A DNA stretch of 63,585 nt, filler included, from Rozella allomycis CSF55 (Eukaryota): assembly GCA_000442015.1 (NCBI GenBank). It is 14 parts of 14 records of this genome, joined end to end, with 100 filler letters (N's around TTAATTAATTAA, not from the genome) between each part and the next. Parts side by side here need not be neighbours in the genome. Positions count along the whole stretch, not along the records: positions 1 to 19,808 come from KE560698.1; positions 19,909 to 26,543 come from KE560701.1; 12 more parts are not named here. The stretch is one strand, 5' to 3'. Shown in pieces: positions 12,638 to 25,900 of this stretch (positions are counted from its first letter, which is position 1; every line of letters starts with the position of its first letter). Below the pieces are notes generated by a model, which saw only the letters and a program-made list of their open reading frames with translations, did not search any database and was not told the origin of the DNA. The position numbers were made by a program, and so were the translations under genes.

Positions 12638-15600
12638 TTATTCATGCTGTTTTCGAGGGTATTGACAATATTTGTCTTTGATTGATACAAGTCGAAAGAT
12701 TCCCTCCTGCGTTGATTTAACATTAACCGAATTTTCTTTAATGTCTCCAAGTGTAAAAGTTTCCACAATATTTTCTATCTTTTTTATATGTAATTATTAC
12801 CTGAAGGAACAAGCCTTTGATAAGTCACGTCAAATGGAGGATGGCCTTGCATTGTAATTGTCATATTCGCCGCATCACCCTCATGAATTGATTTTTGTAA
12901 ATCTTTCCCATTTTCTAACNCGGAACAAGCCTTTGATAAGTTACGTCAAATGGAGGATGGCCTTGCATTGTAATTGTCATATCCACCGCATCACCCTCAT
13001 GAATTGATTTTTGTAAATCTTTCCCAGTTTCTAAAACACCCAAAGGCAAATCATGGATGTGGACTTTAGCCAGTGGTGATTTACTTTCACTGCAACAGAA
13101 CTGGTTGCAAATAGATACAATTGAGAGAGTCCCTGGAAATGCTGTGTGAACATAGAATTTATTTGTCGATAATGATTCTGTTTTTACAGTTGAAGGCTTT
13201 TGCAATGTTTGAAATTCATATTTGATTGTCCAAGGACCCGCGCCACCAAGAGTGAAACCTAAAATGTCGCCAATGCAAGCATCAGTTTGATCAGAAAAAA
13301 TGAATGGTTTTTCTATTCCATGTATTTTCAATAATTCGTAATTCTCAAGAGTTGAAACACAACTGTTTCCATCGGTGACGTTATGGAACTTGACAGAAGA
13401 CATACCTGGCCTAATCAACAGTGCAAATTTATTAGAGTTAATATTTTTAAAAGATTCAAAAGATTCAAGACCATTTTTGTCGAAAATAGATAGAGACATT
13501 GAAAATGGCGGCTTTCCAACAAGGGTAATGACTTCTGTTTCATCCAGTTGTTCTTCGATGCAATAAAACTTCTTTGTGGAGCTTGGAAAAACTATTGAAG
13601 GCGGAGAGGTTACTTGATGAAGGATTTTAATGTTATCTATTGGAATTTTCTCATAGTTTGCATCAGACAGGTGAGTGAATTGGTACTCTACATTGCCATC
13701 AATTGATGGAATAGAAAAATAAAATTCGAGAAATTTATCTTTTACAAAAGTTTCCATTTCTTTAACTTTTCCGTTGATTACGATTTTATAGTGAAGAGTA
13801 AAGGGTGATGATCCAATGAAATCAAATTTGACGCTAATCTTATTAATCGAGTTTAAACAATGCATAAACGAAGTTTGATTGAATGAATATAAAAGTTTAG
13901 GTTTTGGATGCAAGAAAACATTGAATTCCAAATTTGGTTCCACTGTACCCTTGCAATGTTCATCAGAGATTGAAACAATTTTGTAGCTCCCAGCTTCACT
14001 TATTAACAAAGAAGAGCTTTTCAATTCAATTTCTCGGTAAATTCCCGAATCTTTTATCAGGCCAACTTTCCAAGGGCCCTCACCTGATAAGTTGACTGGA
14101 ATATTTAAAAATCTTCCCTCTGAAATCCAAAACTCAGATTTTTCTAAAGAAATAGATGGAATTTTTTTGTTTATTTTCACTTCAAGAAGATTTGAAAGCC
14201 TTCTTAAACACCCATCTTTATCTTTCACTTCAATCAATGATAATGAATAAACTCCTCCAATATTAAAGATATTTGTTTTAAAAATTAATTCATTTTGATT
14301 TATGTCATTTAATTTTGTCAAATTTATTTTTCCTGATGGATCTAAAGTTTGAATAGAAAGAGATAATGGGAAATTTCCTATCAATGATATTGGAACTTGA
14401 AGGTCTTCATTTAAGCATTTATTTATTTGAGTTGGTCCTAAAAATGAGGCCTCGGGCAATGGATGGATTTCTTGCTCAAAGGATTGATCAAGAGGAATGT
14501 TTAGATAACGAGAGTCAGAAAATTTAATAAATTGATAGCGATAAACCCCTGAATTCTTTGGAAATGTTTTATACACGTATGAATGACTAGGAATGTTAAT
14601 TATCCTTCTATCGCGACGGTTTCCATGAATTTCTTCAAACTCGATGGACCAGGGGCCCTTGCCGGTTAATGAAAAATAAAAGTCAGCACCCTGGTCTCCA
14701 GAACAAGACGATGAAATTCTTTCAAAGCGTATTTCAATGGTGGGTTTTGGCACATCAACGACAGTGCAAATTGAATCACTATTTGACACACATTTGCTAT
14801 CCTTTATTTCCTTGATAAAATACACACCACTTTCCTTAACATTATAGTTATAATTATTTGCATTAGTTTCAATGGAAAATTGTTTGCCCGACTCGTGCTG
14901 AATGTTCAAATGAAATGGAGGGTATCCATTAAGCTTAATTGGCAAATTTACATCTCCATTCAATAATAATTCAACGTCCCCTCGGCAATCAAAAGAGCCT
15001 ATCGGGGCTTGTATTTTTCTAACCAACATCGAGTCCCCTTTCTCATATTCCACAATGTGTTCACCAGATATTATTTTATTTAATACTACCAAATAATCCC
15101 CTACTTGATCTATATCGCCAACATCAAGAAACAAATTATTGACATGACCTGGAACAACTTCAAACTCTTTCGAAAATAAAATATCACCCGACGGTTTTTT
15201 CAATTTGAATGTTAAATCAACATGAGAATTATCAGACTTTAACAAAATTGGAAGTGAGACTTGATCTTTTTCTAATTCGCAAATTTCTAAATTGCCCGTT
15301 GTTTCCTGAAATCTGACCTGAGGACACAAGGTGACAGGTGCGTCGTTAGACTTTATTTTTACTTCATTTTTTATATATTCCAACTTATATATTCCTGGCT
15401 TACTAAGCGGTATACAATTATCAGTTTCAGTTAGGATCATTGTGTAATTTACTGAATTAATTGAATAAATCAATTCCCAGGCCCCTTTTCCATTTGTTAT
15501 TATTGGAATGCAGTTTTTCTTATCCTTTCCCTGTATTTTAAACATATTTGATTCAGCCGGGAAAGACTTGTCGTGTATACAGTAGTTGCGTTTTTCGGGA

Positions 15601-15992
15601 TTAAATTCAAAAGTATTCCAAGGCAATATTCGTACATCTACAGTACCCTTTAATCTATCTCCTATAATATTATCAATATTAATTCTTTCTTCTGTTTTAT
15701 TAGGATGCGTTGTTAGTACCAAATCAACTTTAATCTCATAAGAATACCAATAATGAACACCTATATTTACACTTATAAGTAAAGTAAAAATAAGAAACCA
15801 TCTTCTACTAGTTATATTTTGAAGTCTTGGTATTCGCATTATATATAGGACCAGACAACATAGAGCATCTAGTATAGAAAATCTGAGCAACCAATCGTTG
15901 GATCCATTCTCTTTCTTACATTCTGATATTTTTAACGACTGTAAGAATATAAAAAACGCAGCTGCTACTTGCCTTTTGGAAACGGCATCCAT
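12638..15992 (-). CDS. POM152: Nuclear pore membrane protein Pom152
   Basis: N-terminal TM segments (DAVSKRQVAAAFFIFLQSLK), repeated lumenal Ig-like modules (LxGxPPF/GxGPW...Y...I.D..C) and the C-terminus EGIFRLVSIKDKYCQY. The last exon lies beyond the single-N duplication at 12920. Confidence 0.85.
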
Positions 15993-16114
15993 GGGGATTT
16001 CCAAAAATTCAACAGTGACAAAAACAAAAATTTTGTGGCAAAAGTAAATAGCAAATTAGCAATTATAAAAATAAGATTGCTTGATGTTTATTCTATCTAC
16101 AATTCTAAGGTCGC

Positions 16115-18106
16115 TCAATAACATCCAGATTCGATTGGGGCCCCTGGCAACTTCAATATCGCGAATATTTTCTTGTAATTGCTAAATCTCTCTCTTGCAT
16201 TTTCCACAGGAAACATTCCTGTACATTCACCGCCATTGATGGCCATTGTAGTTACACCGAATTTGCCTTCTGATACTCCAGGTTTGGTGTGCACTCTTTC
16301 CTTCCAATACCAAAATGAAGTTTGCCACGATATGCTTTCGTCATTCTTCACCAAATCTGGATCTCTGACTAAACAATCGTTTTGAAACAATGCTTGTGAT
16401 GCCGCCTCGTAATTGTATTTCCATGATAACTGCATGTAGCCTCTTCCGTGATATGATAGAGCATCTCCAGGTTGACCGCCGTACCTTGTCTTACAACTGC
16501 CATTACTGCAACCAATCTCTTCCTTATACTTTAACCCATTTGACTCCCACATTATTTGCGCTAAGAACATAGCCAATTCTGTTTTATCAAGAATTCCTTC
16601 TTTTTCAGCACCACTTATGAACCCTTTATACACATTTTCACTTGGCTGTGGCCCCATTACCTTAACAGCGTCTCGGAACTCCCCAAAGTTTATCGGAAAG
16701 TTTGTAGAACCACTCTGCTTTGAGTTACCCTGATTGGGTGGATTGTTTTGAGATGCACTCTTTGGATCTTGATTAGTTGGTGACTTGGAACTATCCTTAT
16801 TAGCGTTGGTCGGTACATTATCGAGGCCACCTTTTGAATTTGATGATTGACTATCTAATGGTGACGCCGTGACTGGACTTGCACCATCATTACCATTATT
16901 TGTTGTCGCTCCTGGTTGAGTATCCCCTTTTGGAACTTCATCTACTGGATAAGAATTTAATGAACCCTGGCTTTGATTTTGTTGATCGCTAACAGTTGAA
17001 ATAGAATCAGGACCAGATTTGGAATCGTTTACACCTATGACTGAAGGGTTAGTAGCTGGTGGGGGATAATTTACTGACGATGATACGTTAGAATCATTCG
17101 AATCCATAGCATCATTTGTTGTTGTTCCTGATTGAAGATCTTCATCCTCTTCATCTTCCAGTTCACCTGCTGGATTATAATTTACCGGCGGCGGATTATA
17201 ACTTTGTTGGTCTCTATTTAAAGAACTGGAATCTGGATCAGATTTGGAATCATTTACAACGTTGGAAGAAGCATTGTTAGAGTTACCACTCGAATATGAT
17301 GATTCACTAGCGGGAGGTGATACTGTAGGAACATTTCCCGGTGCCTGTGCTTTCGTGTTATTAGTACCAGTCGAATCAGTCTTAGAGTCATCATTACCAT
17401 TTGCGGTTGTCGTTCCTGGTTGAGGATTCCCTTTTGTTGCAACATTTTCATTGCTTTGGGAATTAACGCTAGCCTGTTTTCCCTGAGTATTTGCCACATT
17501 AGATACAAGCGCTTCGCTTTGCCAATCATCACCGTTATATTGTTTGCCATGGTTGGTTGAAGCACCTTTAATTTGAGAGTTGTTGTTCTGTTTTTGGGGG
17601 TGCGGATTACGGTGCTGATATTGAGAAGCATAGTTATCTGGAAGTACGCCCGGTGCTAATGATGGAATTACACCAGGAGCCGTGATTGGAATGGGAGAAG
17701 GAGATGGGATTACGTAAGATGATTTTGAAGGGCAAGGCGAGGACGGAATTACAAAAGGAGCAAGTGTTGGAGACGGTGAAGGAATCACGAAAGGAGCAAG
17801 GGTTGGAGAAGGCGAAGGAATGACGTAAGGAGCCAAGGTTGGTGAAGGTGAGGGTGTAACAAACGGCGCTAGTGTTGGAGAGGGAGACGGCGTAACGAAA
17901 GGCGCCAAAGTCGGTGAAGGCGACGCTGTAACAAAAGGAGCCAACGTAGGAGATGGTATTGCAGGATTGTTAAGTGTTGGCGATTCTAGATAATTGTCTG
18001 TTTGTTTTTGTGCTTCCAATGTTGTTTGAAAAACGACAAAGAGGATAATATTTGTCCGTATATGACTATAAAACATTGGACACTTGTAAGATTTCTCCTG
18101 TTTCAT
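16115..18106 (-). CDS. Secreted GH19 chitinase with Pro-rich repeats and a long S/N/D/P low-complexity linker; intronless
   Basis: C-terminal GH19 motifs ELAMFLAQIMWES, YHGRGYMQLSWKYNY, DPDLV, SFWYW and FGVTTMAINGGEC. Hydrophobic N-terminus IILFVVF. Confidence 0.9.
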   Translation of the reverse strand: MKQEKSYKCPMFYSHIRTNIILFVVFQTTLEAQKQTDNYLESPTLNNPAIPSPTLAPFVTASPSPTLAPFVTPSPSPTLAPFVTPSPSPTLAPYVIPSPSPTLAPFVIPSPSPTLAPFVIPSSPCPSKSSYVIPSPSPIPITAPGVIPSLAPGVLPDNYASQYQHRNPHPQKQNNNSQIKGASTNHGKQYNGDDWQSEALVSNVANTQGKQASVNSQSNENVATKGNPQPGTTTANGNDDSKTDSTGTNNTKAQAPGNVPTVSPPASESSYSSGNSNNASSNVVNDSKSDPDSSSLNRDQQSYNPPPVNYNPAGELEDEEDEDLQSGTTTNDAMDSNDSNVSSSVNYPPPATNPSVIGVNDSKSGPDSISTVSDQQNQSQGSLNSYPVDEVPKGDTQPGATTNNGNDGASPVTASPLDSQSSNSKGGLDNVPTNANKDSSKSPTNQDPKSASQNNPPNQGNSKQSGSTNFPINFGEFRDAVKVMGPQPSENVYKGFISGAEKEGILDKTELAMFLAQIMWESNGLKYKEEIGCSNGSCKTRYGGQPGDALSYHGRGYMQLSWKYNYEAASQALFQNDCLVRDPDLVKNDESISWQTSFWYWKERVHTKPGVSEGKFGVTTMAINGGECTGMFPVENARERFSNYKKIFAILKLPGAPIESGCY
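17650..17960 (-). repeat. Coding tandem repeat, about 36 nt (PSPSPTLAPFV[T/I]), roughly 6-7 copies
   Basis: Protein repeat visible in the ORF, with synonymous differences between copies. Confidence 0.9.
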
Positions 18107-18190
18107 CTTCAGGTATCATCATATAATTTGTCCAAAGTGATATATTTAGAAACAGATCTATGATGGTTTTTGGAAAATTCGGATTTTGTA

Positions 18191-19183
18191 ATGGAAGATT
18201 TTATACGTATTTCTAGCAGTTCAGAAAGTCATAGTTCTGAATCAGAGACATACAAAGACTACATAGATGTATTTTGTACATTTTACATTAAGACAGAATG
18301 CGTCAGATGTTGATATAGAGAAACTACAAGAAGCCTTACAGCACGGCGAATTAAATAGTGATGTTATAGTTTCAAGTGACACTGATTCTGAGGAAGATTT
18401 TGAAAGATCTATAACTTTGGCCAATAGTTTTATTCATAATTCAAAGGCTATTGGAAACAATAAACAGACAAAAAAGAAAAAGGGAACGAAGCCAAAGCAC
18501 ATGAAGAAACTAAAAAAATGTGCATTTGATGTTGATCAAATAAACAGGAGCATCATTGCTTTCCTCGCAAGGAAAGAAGACCATTGGTAAATATATATTA
18601 TTCATGGAGACAGCTTTGCATTGCCGCCAATGCCAAAACAAAATCGGCGAGATTTTGGGTATTTAGCGAACTGTTACAAGTTAAACGCACATCATAGCGG
18701 TAATGGAAAGACCAGATTTCTTGTCCTTACAAAAACATCTGCATCGTGTATTCCAAAAGACATTGATCAGGTTCAACAAATTCTAGAAAGATTAAGAAAC
18801 GATAACGTAAATACCAAAGTTAAGACTAATCCACCTAAACTTGGTATTATTAAATATAAATTTCTAATAGAGCATGGAAAGGTCGTAGGTGAAAATTCTA
18901 ATCCTCTTNCCAACAAATTCTAGACAGATTAAGAAACGATAACGTAAATACCAAGGTAAAAACTAATCCACCTAAACTTGGTATTATTAAATATTAATTT
19001 CTAATAGAGCATGGAAAGGTCGTAGGTGAAAATTCTAATCCTCTTGACGAAACTAATAAAGGAAATAAACTCCTTCAAAAGCTAGGTTGGGTTCCAGGAA
19101 CGGGATTAGGGTTAGAGAACAATGGCATTGTAGATCCAGTTGTATCAGTTATTCGACAAAAACGAAGAGGCTTAGGAACATGA
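18191..19183 (+). CDS. SQS1: R3H + G-patch protein (Sqs1/Pfa1, Prp43 cofactor)
   Basis: R3H-like LPPMPKQNRRDFGYLANCYKLNAHHSGNGKTRFLVLTKT; G-patch VVGENSNPLDETNKGNKLLQKLGWVPGTGLG...IRQKRRGLG. Confidence 0.8.
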
Positions 19184-19808
19184 ATTATAAAGCGAATTTG
19201 CAAAATTGTACTATTAATAAATGAAATTTCTATTTTAGACTTATTCGCAGGAGATATGCGACTAAAGAAGATAGATCGTCTTCGATCATTATTTTTATGG
19301 CCACGAAGATGTCGACACAAAATCGCGTCGACACAAAATCGCAAAATCCATGAGGGCTATCTATGATTGCATTCGAAGGGCAATGTGATGTAAACTAGAC
19401 TAAAAATTGAGACCATAACTTTGAAATTTTGTTATTTACTGAAATTTGGAATTTTTATTTCACAAATAAAGTAGAAGATTGACAAGGGCCTTTTGTTCTT
19501 TCATAGCTTACAGACTCTCTATTAGATTTCTTCAAGAAATATTGTACAATAACTGCCGTTTCATTTAACACACTCAAGTGAACGGTTTTAAGTGTACAGA
19601 ACATTAATTTATTTACATAATACTATGACGATTGCATAAAACTGTCCGCTATCAGTTTTGATAAGCTCATTTGATACTTTAATATAATCCACGCTAAATG
19701 ATACCATTGAAATTCAGGCCACAATACGCTAGAAAAGTATATGTATGCCTTGCTTTCAGTAATCTGACATTTATATCGTTAATGTCTTAATTTTACCTGC
19801 CACATCAA

Positions 19809-19908
19809 NNNNNNNNNNNNNNNNNNNNNNNNNNNNNNNNNNNNNNNNNNNNTTAATTAATTAANNNNNNNNNNNNNNNNNNNNNNNNNNNNNNNNNNNN
19901 NNNNNNNN
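19809..19908. other. Artificial 100-bp contig spacer N44-TTAATTAATTAA-N44, first of 13. The others start at 26544, 35225, 36620, 39365, 41931, 43308, 53114, 54721, 56289, 59625, 61032 and 62433.
   Basis: Same length each time, with a six-frame-stop core. Genes are cut abruptly at each one. Confidence 0.97.
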
Positions 19909-22900
19909 TAGCGAACTACAAGAAGTTACACAATTCAATGAAAATGAAACTGAACTTTGGTATCCTTCAACATATAAAAGATCAGAATTAAAAGTTGAAT
20001 TAACCAGGCTAGGACAATCGTTGGCGAAATAGCCGCTTGTTCTTGCAATGATATTGTGGATAGGTAGAGAACCACTCAAACAAGACCATCTCCTCTTAAA
20101 TACCACTTTTAATAAATTGTAATCAATTGGAACAGTATTTGGCTGAGTTAAATTTACTCTGAATACATTAGGAGATACAGGCCCACCAACAGATGTCAGA
20201 AAGAATGGATGGTTAATGAACAGATATTCAGAAAGTACAGATGAACTGTAAGTTACTGTTTCATTAAAAACACTGCAACCAAATATTATATCCAAATAAT
20301 CATTTTGATCTACCAAAAAGTCATTGTTTGGGTTGTAGAGTATTACATTTGGAGTATTACTAGATGAAGGAACGACAAAAGTAAAATCCAGTGATGAAGA
20401 TTGTTGAGGATTCAAATATGTTGTAGAAAATACCATTCTTGAAAGAGTTGAAATATTCTGTGAGAAATAGTTGAATGGAAGTAAAAATACTGACAAATCA
20501 TTGAATCTGTAAACTTCATAGTTTGAAAGTGGGACAGAAGAAGAGAATGAAGAAGTGAACGCACCAGGAACAATTGAAACAGCGGAACCAAACAGAGAAT
20601 TAGGGATTGAAGAATTGGCAAACGTTAAAAGAATTCCTTCACTCAACGTTGAATTTACACTTGAAGTTAAAACACTCACAAAATCAATATATCCTATCGC
20701 TAAATAAAATATTTTTTACTTCTAACAGTTGTAAATGAGCCCGTAGCATTATACATTCCTAAAAGTGATCTTCCATCTGAACATGTGAATACATTGTTGT
20801 AGATTACAAACTTCAATGTCGAACTATCTATTACACTTCCAGTAAAGTTGCTATTGATTCTAAACATGAAATTATTTGGACCAACGGAAAACAATGTTGA
20901 TTGAAAGAAATCATTGTTCATAAAGAAAAAGTTGGAAAAAACAGAAAATGGTAATGGATATGAAGATATTGAACCAAGTATAGTACATGGAAAGTTAATT
21001 GAAATAAAATCATTATTATCAATCTGGTTATCTCTTCTTGGATCATTCAAAACAACAGTTGTATTCATTTGTCTAGCAATAACTTGTGGCATTGGAGATG
21101 GATATCTATCTCCAAGCGAAAAGGTAAGATTCTGTAAACCAAACAACGGAATGTTAAACTCATCCGTCGGCAACAAAATAACTGACCTTGATGAACTCTT
21201 CCAAACTTCAAAATTTGATAAATTTAAACTAATATTCACAAAAGTTTTAAACAAAGCTTCGGGCAACTTGGTTAAATTACCAAAGAATGGCATATCCTGC
21301 ATGTTTCTATATTCCACAACAATTCCTCTAGCTTGAGTTTGATTTTGAAAAGATTGAAGCAATTTTACAGACACAAATGGAGCTAGCGTAAATAAACAAA
21401 GAAATTCTTACAAAACACTCTTTGAACGTCGCCAGTTGCTCTTGGTGAAAATTCACCCCTCAGAAATCTTGTATTTCCAACGGACCATGGATTATAGAAA
21501 CCAACTTTGGCAAACAATCTAAAATTTGTTGGATCGGGTATTATCGTTCCATTTAAGTCAGTAGAAAAGATTTGAAACGATGTAAAATTGTTTGTAAACA
21601 CTCCATTGTAGTTTAAAGATAGAGGTTGATTGAAAGTGAATAAATTATCCACAAACCCCTTGAATTGAACATTTGTAATAGGCGATCCCCAAAATTCTGG
21701 AATTAATGAATCAGTAAAATCAACCGTAATAATCATCGGATAAGTTACATTAAATGAAAGTGTGACTGACGAAAATGAAATAACTATTAAACCTATTTAA
21801 ATTTCATACTTTTGGTGAAGCTTCCTGTAATGTAAGGCCCAACAATATCATTCGCAATGTTCCAAACGCCCCACGCTTTAACATTCAACCGAACGTTCTT
21901 GAAACTGTATGGGAGCAAATTACAAAAATTCATATTTATCTTGAACACATTGGTAGAAATGTAATCTGAATTGAAAGTAGACCATTCCATTGGAATATCA
22001 AAAATCTGTTTGACTGCATAATCAGGGTACGGTCCTTGTGAAAAGCCCATTCTCATAAATGCCAACTTTGCAATAGGATGCAACGTTATCAGCAGATAAT
22101 CATTGTTATCAACACTATAATCATCTAAACCATTATAAGCAACAGCGCTAATAATTGGTTGATAACCTATAATAGATATAGACAATCTTATTACCAAGTT
22201 GATTTGTAAACAACAATAAAGGCGTTGACATTGCAGGGAAAAAGATTCCAGAACCAGGTGTTCCATCATACTTCAATATTCTACTCGAATTTATCATTTG
22301 CATCAAATCCATGGGATTATATAAAGTCAAATTTAAAGAATCTGTTTGAATTGTTAAAAGATTTGTTCCATATGATGAACTGGTTGTCCATTTCGCTGTT
22401 ACATTTCCACCAAAGAACGCTGGTAGAAATGGCAGCAAATCTTGAAGTTGGCCTCTTGTATTATAAACAGTCATGTAATTTTGCTGCAAAGACGGTTGAT
22501 CAAATCCAATTCTTACTATTGCTCTTGTCTTGTCACCGCTTATTGTCAATCTCATGGACATTACTCTCAAATCTTATATCTTATGAACTGTAAATTTACC
22601 AACATATTTTGATCCTTTAATATTTGTGACATTATAGAACGCAGGTAATGTTGTCCCAAATGAATCAGTCAGCCCTTTCAGCATTATTGTGGTCGACACA
22701 CTTTGAAAATATTGATCATTCGTAAAGAAAATGTATAATATTCTAGTTCTGTTAACAGCATCAGGAATAAGGTATCCATATTGGATATTGCTTGCCATAA
22801 CTTGAAGCTTGTCGGTTGGTGGACCACCTTGATCATCACGGATTATAGCCTTGTCAAATTCAATTAATAAGGTTGGTTGACCATTAGGTCTTGGAAACAA

Positions 22901-25900
22901 CTTGCTGTTATACTCTGCATTCACAACCGCGATTGGCGGGTTTATCTGGCCTTGAAAATAGGCTGTAGATCCTGTTGACAGATGAACCACGCTAAGGTTT
23001 GTCACATTAGGTGCAAACATAGAGGGCATCGTCAAATATATCACAAATTGTTGCGATTGTGAATCAATGTTAGATACAACAACGCTAAAATCTACCCCAA
23101 TCATTTCAGTAAATACGTAGCTTCTTTCTAATTGTGCTTTTGTATAGTTTCCTTCTGCAAACAATAATGATGAATTTGTAGAGCTACAGTTGAAAGCAAA
23201 AATGGTACTGGCATTATATGGAAAGGAAGTCAGTGTGGTAAAGTTTGTTATTTGAAGAAGCGAATTATCTAACATTAAAAAATAGTTATTTTACTTGAAA
23301 AGCTTGACACAAACAAATTCAAGGTATTTTGAGTGTTAAATGGAAGGAGCTGACTACGAACTGCTCCAAATCTCTCAAAATACATTAAGGGAACATTTAA
23401 ACCAAAGTTGATAGATGACACGCCATCAAGACTGTAGCTCGGAAAAAGAGTGATTATGATTTTTCCAGAAGACAAATATGTACTCTTAGGAGTATTCCAA
23501 AATGGAACCGAAGTCATGTACCTCTGAAATACATCCGGATGATATGGAAATTTATCTTGTGCGACCGAGAGCATCAATTGATATTCAGTATCAAAATTGA
23601 CAACTACAATCGTTCTGTTATCTGCAAGCTGAATAGCGGTGGCATTTTGCATCACCGGCGCATTAAGCATTGTAGGTAAATTGAAGTTGTATCTATTAAA
23701 ACCATATAGAATTCTTAAAGATCCATCCGGGCTTCTCAACGAAGACTTTTCTAACACATTGAAATCTACTATTCCCGTTGGATACTGATTAATAGGCCAA
23801 AACATTGCATTTGCATGTCTTCTATATAAAATCATCGAAGTGTTGTTAGTCAATCTTCTCATCTCGTAATTGGCATTCATCCAGTCATTTTGCATATCAA
23901 ACATATAAAGTGAAAATCGAGACCATGATTTTGTATCCATTCTAGGATCTTGATATAAAAGCCCATTGAAATATAATCCATAACAAAAATTGGTGCAATT
24001 CCAACTTGGCGAATTCACTTCGATTCCCACTGGTGCTATTGCTAGCGACACACACGATATAAGCAATTACCTGTTGTCAAATAACCGCTCATTGAGATGG
24101 ACGCAGAGCTTTTCGGCAAAAAGTTGAGTCCCAAAGCTGGAAAAAATCTCAAGTTTGCCATATCCGGTTGCATTGTATAATTGAGAGTTGTGTTGAAAAT
24201 TCCTTGCCAATTTGCAGTGATACTTTGATTAGCTACAATACTTGAATTGAATAAAAACAACATCATAGTTTTCTCATTTAGCCACGTCGAGGTATTCACC
24301 CACACCGGTGGTATAACTATGTCTTGCACAAGACCCAAATACATTTCTTTGGGTACTTCCGATTCAAAAGACAAAATTAAACTTGGATAATTAGTAGAAT
24401 TGTTGATTTGAACAGAAACATTTCCGCTATATGCTGAATTTTCCACTATAACAAGTCGAACAAAAATTTATACCTAAGGTGTGATAAACGAAGACGATAT
24501 TATGACTGAATTGACCGTTCGCGGATGACAAAGCCATCAATTGTCTAACTTCTTTGTAATTTTTCTGGCTTGATGCAATATATCGCAACGTGTTGCTATT
24601 TGTCCAGTTTGCTTGAAATGTAACTGGCATGGGGAAGTTCATTTTCATTGGGATCAATTCAGTACTGTTGTAAAATGTCCCGGTTAGGTTTTGAAAACTA
24701 TTAAGAAAGTTAACCTGAATCACGTCGCCTAACCCAAACCAGTCTGGAGATTGCACTGAATCGTCGGAAAATTGTATTGAAGAAATTTGATTCCCTTGTT
24801 ATTGTTTTTCTACATCATTTACATCGATTAAAAACATTAGAGACATTATAGTATCTATCGATTCCTGTTCTTGAATGTGAAAATGAAGGAATAAAGCCTG
24901 ACTTGATGTTGACTACAATAGTTGTGTTAAGTAAACTGCTGGGAATTTCGGGACTGAATTGAAATCTTAGATATAAACCATTAGCATCATTTTCCAAATA
25001 TGTTGAATAGAGAGATTCGCTCACATTGTAAATGAGTAATTTAGACGTATCGACAGAGAAATAATTAGTCTCACTGACGTAGGCCAGAATACAATTTGAA
25101 AGATAAGGATAATTCGTATTTGGATTGTTGACAATAAAAGGCTTTTTGATTGTCAATTCTATTTACTCCGTTTCGCACTCTTACCTTGCGCAGGGCTTTC
25201 ACCCGCTAAATTTATTGTTCCATTGAAGTAATACCATGTCCCATTAAGCAAAAGGACTGGAAAATTTGAAATGATAAGTTGATTTTCCAAGCTAGGCAAA
25301 TTTGCATTGTAGTAATTCTCAGAAGTTAAGTAGATAGAAAATATTTTCGGTGTCACCCAAATACCGTAATATGAAGATGTTATCCACTGGAAGTTGAACA
25401 CTGATGTCATGTTTCCATTGTCATACAAAAGTCCTGATGATATGTCAACTGGATTGTCAAAGTGTATATCCCAGGTCATATGAGAACCTACGTATGTTTT
25501 TGCCAAAGGGTTGAAAACTTTCCACATAGTTATATTTGAAGGAAAACTATTAATTGATGCATATTGAATTGGAATATTCACCGTCATATTTGTTGGCGGC
25601 GAAAGGTGTTCCATGTTCATCACATTCACAAATTTTAAAGTAGCTGAACTATTTGAACAGTTTAGAAAATTTTCATTTGATATAATGTTAATCGTTCTCA
25701 TGTCATTCCAAGATCCTGAAAAAGTTCCATTACAACCTGTAATCTCCACAAAAGATGAAATAGTGATGTGATTTAGCATTACCCCTTTATAGAACTGTCC
25801 ATAATTAGTAAAGTATTCAAATTGAACTGAGATTACTACTCGACCTGAATCATCATAATAACCGTAGGTGTTTTCAATTGAAGGTGCTATTATAAATCAT

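Noticed and set aside
19311..19348. 16-bp tandem repeat GTCGACACAAAATCGC x2 in intergenic DNA
   Set aside because: Only two copies and no associated structure, so no function can be supported.
19853..19864. Recurrent palindromic TTAATTAATTAA as a biological repeat or CRISPR-like element
   Set aside because: It is always centred in a fixed 100-bp N block, so it is an artificial six-frame-stop linker. Adjacency across these spacers is not evidence of linkage.
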